Shown in pieces: positions 17,291-24,000 of a DNA stretch of 24,000 nucleotides. Position 1 is the stretch's first letter, and each line of letters opens with the position of its first letter. The notes below the pieces were generated by a model that had not been told where the DNA came from, made no database searches, and saw nothing but the letters and a program-made list of their open reading frames with translations. Source of the stretch: Nitrososphaeraceae archaeon (GTDB lineage Archaea > Thermoproteota > Nitrososphaeria > Nitrososphaerales > Nitrososphaeraceae); assembly GCA_019246625.1 (NCBI GenBank), contig JAFAQB010000461.1, forward strand, positions 1 to 24,000, read 5' to 3'. The position numbers and the translations under genes are program-made.

Positions 17291-17547
17291 TTGAATGTTA
17301 TGCATCGTTCTTATTTATAACATTTTATCTACTTTTTCTTCATTACTACTAAGATAGTGTAAATTCTCTTAGGTTCCCCTCTCCGGATTACCTATACTAA
17401 CATTAAGTAACCTTTATCAACTGCATCGGTCAGACAGCCATTTATCCTAGTTTCAATGTCAAAATCCAATGGTTCTAAGTCATCGCACTTACATAACCAT
17501 TAATCTATAACGTTAAATGATTCATCAATGGTTCTCTCCTCACTGGT

Positions 17548-17799
17548 TCAATCAAGGCCTGGTTTAGTGTGCTTTACTATGACCAAAGTTAATGTGGATT
17601 TGATTCCTTCAATTTTTCGAATTTTTGAGATTATGATTTCTTGTAGCTCTTTCTCTGAGTTTACATTAACTTTGGCAATTATATCATACATAACATTTAC
17701 TTTATAGATTTCAATAAATTCTGATAATTTCTTTAGTTCATTGACAATATGGCTTTGAAAACCAATAAGACAGTTAATTAGTAAGTATGCTGAAGTCAT
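17548..17799 (-). CDS. Standalone Lrp/AsnC-type ligand-binding (RAM) domain protein
   Basis: The 83-aa product AYLLINCLIGFQSHIVNELKKLSEFIEIYKVNVMYDIIAKVNVNSEKELQEIIISKIRKIEGIKSTLTLVIV follows the consensus. That consensus is a.vli.v.pg.......l..i.ev.evy.vtG.yDli.kv...d...l.e.v..kir.i.gv..t.Tli. Confidence 0.75.
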   Translation of the reverse strand: MTSAYLLINCLIGFQSHIVNELKKLSEFIEIYKVNVMYDIIAKVNVNSEKELQEIIISKIRKIEGIKSTLTLVIVKHTKPGLD

Positions 17800-18313
17800 C
17801 AGTATAACAAATAATGTATATGTGGTATAATACCATATGTCCCAATATTATAAGTGCGAATAATATTAAAAAGAGAGAAGTATTATTTCTATGTTATCGC
17901 GATCAGTCAGAATAGGGAGAAGACTTATCCAAGCATTAGATCTCCTTTTGTGCTCTATTGCAATCAATACTCAAGTAATTAATACACCTGCGACTTTTCT
18001 ACAACCTTGAAGATAAAGATCATCGTTCTATTGGCTAAACTTTATGAATAGATTTTATTCTGCAGAAGAAAGATAGTTGGAATAATATGCACGCACTAGC
18101 ATTTTTAAAGTAGTATCCCTCAGAATGTTTGAAATGCAGGTCTCGCCAATGGCTTTCTTCCATTAGAAAATAATCTGTAAGCCAGAGATTGGTTGTTGAT
18201 CACTGCATATTATGAAAAAACTTATCTGTATCTTTTTAGTCACACAATATTTGTTTTATGTCAGACACTAATTATGAAAAAACAGCAGATCTCATTTTTG
18301 GTAGATTACTGGT

Positions 18314-18340
18314 GTTACCTAAAAACAATTCTTAGGTAAC
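18314..18340 (-). repeat. 9-bp perfect inverted repeat overlapping the stop codon of the 77-aa ORF
   Basis: GTTACCTAA lies at 18314..18322, the loop AAACAATTC at 18323..18331, and TTAGGTAAC at 18332..18340. On the minus-strand mRNA the stem includes the last codons and the TAA. It may be a 3'-end hairpin, and no oligo-T tract follows it. Confidence 0.4.
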
Positions 18341-18565
18341 GTGTTTAGAGCTGTTTCGTTCCTCTTTTCTATCATTAGGGTTAGATTTTTCCTCATCTAT
18401 AATCTCATAGCGATCAACGCCTTCGATTAATGATAGGGTAGAACCGCTGTTCCACTTGACAGCGACGCACCAAGAACCATGATCCTCAAAGCGATATAAT
18501 ATTGTTCCAAGATCTCCGTTAGCCAGTTTTATTCTCTTACCGGCTTTAGAATAGTCGATGCTCAT
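18332..18565 (-). CDS. Small hypothetical protein, possibly an SH3/Tudor-like beta-barrel with a charged tail
   Basis: The 77-aa product KRIKLANGDLGTILYRFEDHGSWCVAVKWNSGSTLSLIEGVDRYEII shows the alternating beta-strand pattern of small beta-barrel domains. This is a fold guess only. Confidence 0.45.
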   Translation of the reverse strand: MSIDYSKAGKRIKLANGDLGTILYRFEDHGSWCVAVKWNSGSTLSLIEGVDRYEIIDEEKSNPNDRKEERNSSKHVT

Positions 18566-18660
18566 TTACTTGTTTATGGACATTATTACTATTATGACTA
18601 CTATCGCTATACTCTATTCTTCTGCTGTCAAGAGCTTTCTTAAATCATTACCACTAGGCC

Positions 18661-18975
18661 CTATTTTTCTTTCCGTTCAACAGAATTCTTTATATTTGAC
18701 AACTTTTGAATTAGACTGTCTATCATTTTTTGCTGCTGTACTATTAAAACCATAAACAACGATTCAGCTGCGAAAGATTCTCCTTTTGTATTCACAGCTT
18801 TAGCGAATCGTACTCGTCCTTCTTTGTCTTCTTCTTGACATTCCTTTAACATTTTGTCAAATAGAATAGCATTTTCTTGTCTTAGTGCATACTTGAACTT
18901 ATCCCAAGATTGTATTTCCTTTCCAAAAAGATCTTCTTTATCCTCTGCTGCCATATTATTATCATAAATTACCAT
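18661..18975 (-). CDS. Hypothetical helical protein (start may be the ATG at 18954, MAAEDKEDLF...)
   Basis: The 104-aa ORF SWDKFKYALRQENAILFDKMLKECQ....FAKAVNTKGESFAAESLFMVLIVQQQKMIDSLIQKL reads as amphipathic helices. I do not recognise a family. Confidence 0.5.
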   Translation of the reverse strand: MVIYDNNMAAEDKEDLFGKEIQSWDKFKYALRQENAILFDKMLKECQEEDKEGRVRFAKAVNTKGESFAAESLFMVLIVQQQKMIDSLIQKLSNIKNSVERKEK

Positions 18976-18992
18976 AATGGTAGCTAAAGAAG

Positions 18993-19035
18993 TACGTGAG
19001 TGGTCGTTATAAGTGACTAGAGGATACGTGATTGG
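18993..19035 (-). promoter_or_regulatory. Direct 11-bp repeats flanking a TATA-like element upstream of the 104-aa ORF
   Basis: The plus strand has TACGTGAgTGG at 18993..19003 and TACGTGAtTGG at 19025..19035, 32 bp apart (about three helical turns). On the coding (minus) strand they bracket CTTATAAC, about 37 nt upstream of the ATG at 18975. Confidence 0.3.
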
Positions 19036-19296
19036 GCTACATATCTGTCAAATTTGATTCATATCCCTTGGACGCATATGATATCACTCCTTTTTAGTGG
19101 GTTTTACGAATAATAGGAGAGAAAATAAAAAGAATTTGATCTTACTGTAGCAACGATTGTCCTTTTTGTAAAATTCCTTTAAGAGAGGGTTAAAGAATAA
19201 TCTTGCTAATTCCAGGAAACTGAAATGCCTGTCCTTACAACGTATTTATGAGTATTATCATCATCAAAGATACATATATGGTGTTTTGTCTATGAA

Positions 19297-19683
19297 TTAA
19301 CGACATAATCGCGTAAACGTTCCCTTACCTTCTAGGTTCTGAAGGTTTGTTTGATATCTTGTTTTTATCTCTATCTTTTTCATACTGTTCCATATCTTTT
19401 TTAAACTGTATGTAATATTCTTCTGCAAATTGTTGTTGATAGACTCGTTATTTTCGTGGATCTGGAACAAGCTTTTGTTTAGTATAATTACGTATTGCTC
19501 GTAAATTTTACTACCATAGTATATAGATATATTTTCAAACATTGAAGGTTTATGCATTTTGTAAAATAAAAGCTGTGATTGTATTGCGACCATTTTACAA
19601 AATTGGACGTACATATCTGTAAAATAATAAATGGTGACATTCTCCTGTAACACCAGTATTATCTCCATAGTAGAAGTCACCAC
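19297..19683 (-). CDS. Hypothetical protein (GTG start; ATG six codons in)
   Basis: This 128-codon open frame has no gene on the opposite strand, and its length alone is unlikely by chance in this composition. Asn/Ile/Tyr/Lys-rich, with no recognisable domain. Confidence 0.35.
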   Translation of the reverse strand: MVTSTMEIILVLQENVTIYYFTDMYVQFCKMVAIQSQLLFYKMHKPSMFENISIYYGSKIYEQYVIILNKSLFQIHENNESINNNLQKNITYSLKKIWNSMKKIEIKTRYQTNLQNLEGKGTFTRLCR

Positions 19684-19738
19684 AATAGCCTTAAGTAATA
19701 CAGTTGAATAGATAATATGATATAGGAAGAGCCTGGTT

Positions 19739-20473
19739 ATGACACATCAATCACCAAAGACAAATTCCCAGCAGTCACCGAGCGATATATCATCATCAAA
19801 ATCAAATCATATCTCAACATATAACCCCCAGCAATACTGGACAGAACAAGGAAAGACATACAAAGAACAATTTCGATATAACAAAGATTTTAGACTGCAG
19901 GAACAAATGCTAATTGATTATTTAAAAAGGATTTTTCCACTTTCCTCCTCCTTAACTGTACTTGAATTAGGTTGTGGATTTGGTCGTATAACTAAACTAT
20001 TGCTGCTAAACTTTCCAAATATAAAAGAATACCTTGCTGTAGATTTGTCACAGCATCAAATAGAAAATGCCAAAGAATATGTCAGACCACAAGAAATAAT
20101 AATAAAAAAGAAAGAAGAAAAAGCGAACCCAGATATAAAATTTCTAGTATCAGATATTCAATCCCTTCAAGTTGACAAGAAATATGATTTAGTAATAGCA
20201 TCAGAAGTTCTGATGCATGTATTGCCATCAGAAATTAACGAAGTGATATGTAAACTAGTTAATCTATCAAACAAACACATAGTGAATATTGATTGGTATG
20301 AGAAACAAATCCCAAAGAGAGTCGCACCACATAATTTTATACACATCTATGAAGAGATATACAAGAATATACCTTCGATAACTCTTGTTAATAGAATTCC
20401 AATAGAGAAAAAGAAAGGATGGTTATCATCCAAAATTGATGCAAAGCAATCCATATTTCATGCTCTTAAATAA
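19739..20473 (+). CDS. Class I SAM-dependent methyltransferase
   Basis: Motif I is VLELGCGFGRITKLL, the post-I acidic residue is in LAVDLS, and motif IV-like is YDLVIASEVLMHV. The N-terminus is a Ser/Gln-rich tail. Confidence 0.85.
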   Translation: MTHQSPKTNSQQSPSDISSSKSNHISTYNPQQYWTEQGKTYKEQFRYNKDFRLQEQMLIDYLKRIFPLSSSLTVLELGCGFGRITKLLLLNFPNIKEYLAVDLSQHQIENAKEYVRPQEIIIKKKEEKANPDIKFLVSDIQSLQVDKKYDLVIASEVLMHVLPSEINEVICKLVNLSNKHIVNIDWYEKQIPKRVAPHNFIHIYEEIYKNIPSITLVNRIPIEKKKGWLSSKIDAKQSIFHALK

Positions 20474-20953
20474 TTACGTGATGCCAAGCTCTGTAATTAA
20501 CAACACTGATTGAGGAAATCGTTCTTCAAGCAATGAAGATCAACATGTGCGGTAGGTGTACATTATATTATTCTCATAGTTTTCCCAAGCTAAATTATTC
20601 CTTGCAAATCTAAATGTCTTCAATCTCTTTTTATACAAATGAGTTATTCTTAAAGTATTCAAGCTGTAATACCATTTCATCATAATCATCAAAAGCAACT
20701 CATTTTCCTTCAGAATATTACATATAGCATCCGATGGATCCTACGCATGATCACGCCACTACAACCGCCTGTCCCTAGAAAAACTATTTAAATTTGAGTA
20801 AATATAATTATATTATTATCATCATCCCATATTGACTTCTAAGAATCGTTTCCCTTCCAACATAATTCATCTTATGCCATGAAATAGTAGAACATTGTTC
20901 CTCCATACCCTTTGCACACAATTCTTATATCATAAGCCTCTATAGTAGATTGA

Positions 20954-21505
20954 ATGACACAGCGCTTACAGACAATTGAACATGGAAATCATATAATTGC
21001 AGTCTATCCTAATAAAGATGAAAAATTTAATGAAGCCTTTGCCTTTCTAAAAGATGGCCTTCAAAGAAACGAGGTTGTGATAATAACAACTACAGATCTG
21101 CCAAAAGATGAAATTCGTGCCAGGATGAGAAATGAATGGGAAGTAGATGTTACAGAACTTGAATCAAGAGGCGATATTATTATTAGAACCACCGAAGAGA
21201 TGTATTTTCCTGATGGAATACCAAATATCCAGCGGACTATAGCATTATGGTCTACCTTAGTGGAAAACTGTCTTAGCAAAGGTAAGAAAGGAATGCGAGT
21301 ATTTGGAGACATGACAGCATTTTTCAAGAATGGGTTTATCAAAGAACTACTTGAATATGAATCATGTTTGGAACAAAGATTTAACTTTCCTGCTATTGGC
21401 ATATGTGCATATGATTCTAAAGACTTCAATTATAATATCACATTAGAGCAAATAAGACAACTACAGCAACATCATAATCCAGTGTGGATGAAGGTTACTG
21501 ATTGA
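20954..21505 (+). CDS. Standalone MEDS-domain (DcmR-like sensory domain) protein
   Basis: GNHIIAVYPNKDEKFNEAFAFLKDGLQRNEVVIITT...RGDIIIRTTEEMYF...GMRVFGDMTAFF......LLEYESCLEQRFNFPAIGICAYD......HHNPVW follows the MEDS consensus. That consensus is H....Y....e......fl..GL...E................l......Y......lR..Gem.w........yE..ln......l.CaYd......tHp. Confidence 0.75.
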   Translation: MTQRLQTIEHGNHIIAVYPNKDEKFNEAFAFLKDGLQRNEVVIITTTDLPKDEIRARMRNEWEVDVTELESRGDIIIRTTEEMYFPDGIPNIQRTIALWSTLVENCLSKGKKGMRVFGDMTAFFKNGFIKELLEYESCLEQRFNFPAIGICAYDSKDFNYNITLEQIRQLQQHHNPVWMKVTD

Positions 21506-21590
21506 TTGACAATACACTGTCAACAAAGTTATAACTTGAAGTCAACCTAAAACTTCAGAATGTGTCATATAATACAAATACAAGTTGTTA

Positions 21591-22865
21591 CTAGGCTGCA
21601 GGAAAAATCATTCCAAATGTAGTTCCTTGCGTGTAATTCTCGTATACCCTATCTCCGACCCAAATTTTGCCCTTATATCTTTCAACTAATGTTCTTACTA
21701 TAGATAAACCTAATCCACTTCCCTTAGCTTTAGAATAAAAGCGTTCAAACAATTCTTTTTTCATTGAGTCTGGTATTCCTTTACTATAGTCAGATACAGT
21801 TATCATCCAATATTTTACTTCAGCAATAAAATAGTCTCTTATTAGGACATCAATTTTGACCTCTGGCGAATCTGTATACTTTACAGTATTGGAAAACAAA
21901 TTAACAAAGATTTCTTCGAGTAGATCTTCTGCAATTACATTTATATCTGTTGGATGATGGCCATCTACCACATTTAAAGAAAATCTAATTCTTTTGCCAC
22001 GAGGGTTATTCTCGTATAGCGTTTGCTCCACTGTAGTATATGCTGTATTAATTACATCTGGAAGGTTCTTTATTATCAGTTTTAGATCCTTTTGTGCATA
22101 CAATCGTTCTAGTCTACGTATATTGTCTACAAGTGATTGACTTTTAGTTAGAGCATTTTTTGCAATTGTAAGACATGAAAAAATTTTTTCGTTATTTTGT
22201 GATAAACTATTTGTATTGTTATTATTTTTTTCAAATAGAGATATTACGAGGTCTAAACTACCTCGTATTATCTGATGATAATTTCCTATATCGTGGGAGA
22301 TTAAATCATACAAAAGTTCAGAGTGCTTTTTTTCTTTTATAGTTTTATCATGATTTTCTTTTTCTTCCCATATGATGTCAAAACAATGAACTGTAATTAT
22401 GACTATAGAGGAATCTTCAGAGTAAAACCAATGGTTAACATAAAAAAACGTGTAGCTATCTTTACGATTGCCTCTTTTTGATTCATCGCATTTGCGTATA
22501 TCAATTGAAAAAGAAAAAACATCCTGCTTGTCTCTGATAAACAACAAGGAATTTGCAGAGGTCTTAGGTAAGGATAATTTTATCGATCTATAACCAACAA
22601 ATGGGACTAACTGTTTAGTTATCCTCCCACTATCCTCATCAAGCGGGCATAACAACTTAATAATAATATTCTTGGCCAGTTTCTGTGATATTATATAATC
22701 AATTATCTTGTAATAGGACAAGAATTGCAATGAGGCAGATCCATGCAACATTATATCTAATTCGGATTCAACTGATTGTATAAATTTAGACAATGCATCA
22801 AGAAATTTTTCGTCTATTTTTGATGGATTATTATGATTGTCCGTGTATTTGTTATATTCATACAT
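21591..22865 (-). CDS. Soluble sensor histidine kinase with an uncharacterised N-terminal domain of about 180 aa
   Basis: The H-box is LLYDLISHDIGNYHQIIRGSLDL, the N-box is EIFVNLFSNTVKYT, the G1 region is VSDYSKGIP and the G2 is GSGLGLSIVRTLVERYKGKIWV. I see no hydrophobic TM segment anywhere in the 424 aa. Confidence 0.9.
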   Translation of the reverse strand: MYEYNKYTDNHNNPSKIDEKFLDALSKFIQSVESELDIMLHGSASLQFLSYYKIIDYIISQKLAKNIIIKLLCPLDEDSGRITKQLVPFVGYRSIKLSLPKTSANSLLFIRDKQDVFSFSIDIRKCDESKRGNRKDSYTFFYVNHWFYSEDSSIVIITVHCFDIIWEEKENHDKTIKEKKHSELLYDLISHDIGNYHQIIRGSLDLVISLFEKNNNNTNSLSQNNEKIFSCLTIAKNALTKSQSLVDNIRRLERLYAQKDLKLIIKNLPDVINTAYTTVEQTLYENNPRGKRIRFSLNVVDGHHPTDINVIAEDLLEEIFVNLFSNTVKYTDSPEVKIDVLIRDYFIAEVKYWMITVSDYSKGIPDSMKKELFERFYSKAKGSGLGLSIVRTLVERYKGKIWVGDRVYENYTQGTTFGMIFPAA

Positions 22866-23637
22866 CTTTTGTATCTACACTCGAATATTGCAAGGTACCC
22901 AACCGATCTGATTTTAAAACTGTCAAGTCTATAAAATTATCTGTGTGTCACTTAGCTTTTCAGCATTCTCTTATATTGTATGCCTATCTTTAGAGAAAAG
23001 AGAACGAAAGTGTTCCTTTTGTGAGTGGGGATTTTCTTCAAATGGTCTATAATATCTAGAAGACCAGATGCGCACACAGTACATGCCATATAGACATAGG
23101 AAGTTATATAACTAGAAAATGAGCCATAAATGACATCAGTCCTTGCCATTTTTGAACCTAGCAACAAATTGTTCTAATTGGTCTTTTTCATAGGACAGAT
23201 TAGATACCTTTTCTGCTGAAGCTGCTATCCAGCATACTGCTAACGTATTACTAGTACTATATCAGTGATAAGGTTATCTTTCCATTTGTTACCATTGCAT
23301 ATTTTTACGGAGATTGTACAATTAATAAAGGATGGTCTATAATGGCGATGCCATAAATTCTTAAAGGATACTTTAAGGATACTTTACTTTGAATCGTGTT
23401 AAATGCTGCGACCTCTATTATTTGATAAAGATTTTCCCATATACCTATAGCATACTATGATTTTCATCTTCTGGTTATATCTGCATGAGGTATGTCCGAT
23501 TATAATATTAAATCCGATAAATGAACTAAAAAGAGTATTTTTCTCATTTATATATAATAAAAAGCATGCTGTACTTAGAATTATAGGAACTTTACTAATA
23601 CTTTTTTATTGTTTTATCAACTAATGTTAATAGTTAC

Positions 23638-23949
23638 TTGTATATTATACATTTTCGATTATGTACACTGGAATGTAGAATATTGCAAAAACAACAACAA
23701 CAACTATCACTTAAGGCAACTTCTGTCCATGACTATTCTGAATTGTCTGAGATAGAGAAAACACTTTTGCAGGAGCGATCTACAATATTGATTGTTAGAA
23801 TTACACCAGTGGCATTAAAAGACCCTCAAGAACTAGCTAAATTCGCAAATCAATTATATCTGATTGCTACAAGAAATAATTATTCTGTTTTTCGTCTTGG
23901 GGAAGAAAGAATTATTGTAATTCCTAGTTGTATAAATGTAGAAAAGTAA
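23638..23949 (+). CDS. SepF/DUF552-like small protein (start codon uncertain)
   Basis: The C-terminal 55 aa are STILIVRITPVALKDPQELAKFANQLYLIATRNNYSVFRLGEERIIVIPSCINVEK. They parallel the archaeal SepF core (..lvi.dit.l........e.i..L...a...gGdi...gd..li.tP..v.i.r). There is no ATG in the frame. TTG candidates lie at 23638 and 23683, and a TATA-rich stretch lies around 23545-23560. Confidence 0.5.
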   Translation: MYIIHFRLCTLECRILQKQQQQLSLKATSVHDYSELSEIEKTLLQERSTILIVRITPVALKDPQELAKFANQLYLIATRNNYSVFRLGEERIIVIPSCINVEK

Positions 23950-24000
23950 AATATATTCTACATTCCACTATAACATACAAAGTGCTTTAACGCCCATGCC

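Noticed and set aside
17000-17352. ORFs 17000..17212(-) and 17125..17352(+) as intact genes
   Set aside because: They are better explained as fragments or shadows of the stop-riddled IS-type transposase relic.
20560-20760. Minus-strand stretch reading ...AFDDYDEMVLQLEYFKNNSFV*KEIEDI*ICKE*FSLGKL, considered as another pseudogene
   Set aside because: The stop density is about what random sequence gives, and I recognise no family, so the protein-like look is not sufficient.
22952-23330. ORF 22952..23167(-) and an adjacent upstream frame (AEKVSNLSYEKDQLEQFVARFKNGKD*), considered as a frameshifted gene
   Set aside because: It has no recognisable domain and no start codon for the upstream piece, so I could not support homology by eye.
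23042-23385. Repeated 12-mer ATGGTCTATAAT (23042..23053 and 23332..23343) and a tandem 11-bp duplication AAGGATACTTT x2 (23364..23385)
   Set aside because: These are short AT-rich repeats with only two copies each. A match of this size within about 1 kb is not clearly above chance, and they show no array structure.
1-24000. Search for tRNA/rRNA genes, CRISPR arrays and C/D-box sRNAs
   Set aside because: I found no T-arm-like GGTTCGAATC/GGTTCAAATC motifs, no GC-rich structured islands, and no regularly spaced direct repeats. Each intergenic ATGATGA/GTGATGA C-box candidate (near 2785, 4630, 7045, 9345, 14085, 14230, 17515, 19260, 20690, 20815) lacked correctly spaced CTGA D/D' boxes. A manual scan can miss divergent RNAs.

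Overview
This is an AT-rich archaeal chromosomal segment. Evidence for archaeal origin: ribosomal protein eS1/S3Ae, RNase P proteins Rpp30 and Pop5, a COG1325/DUF54 RNA-binding protein, TATA-like boxes 25-40 nt upstream of start codons, and many TTG/GTG starts. The gene mix (standalone MEDS domain, soluble histidine kinase, PH-like and CBS proteins) suggests a Nitrososphaeria (Thaumarchaeota)-type genome, but that is inference only.

Contents, left to right:
- 1-339: truncated secreted protein.
- 887-1408: Cys-motif protein that reads as two HiPIP-like modules.
- 2078-3218: SRPBCC protein and DUF1059 protein.
- 3434-3824: frameshifted, truncated Zn-alcohol-dehydrogenase pseudogene.
- 4188-4514: PH-like protein.
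- 4809-6976: conserved archaeal cluster rps3ae, COG1325, rpp30, pop5.
- 7215-8096: radical SAM enzyme.
- 8097-9458: about 1.36 kb with no convincing gene.
- 9459-11497: sucC and sucD.
- 11810-14021: MarR-MFS efflux pair with a palindromic operator candidate.
- 14153-14388: decayed response-regulator receiver pseudogene.
- 14823-16610: CBS-pair protein and type I dehydroquinase.
- 16924-17290: degraded IS4/IS5-type transposase relic.
- 17548-19683: standalone Lrp/AsnC RAM-domain protein and three small hypothetical ORFs.
- 19739-22865: SAM methyltransferase, then a standalone MEDS protein convergent with a soluble histidine kinase.
- 23638-23949: SepF/DUF552-like small protein.

I found no rRNA, tRNA, CRISPR array, intact mobile element or recognisable defence system, and no convincing multi-gene novel system. 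The most interesting items are the tandem HiPIP-like protein, the MEDS plus soluble kinase pair, the SepF-like ORF, the Pop5 start-codon anomaly, and the three independent gene relics. All function calls come from reading the translations by eye; no searches were run.
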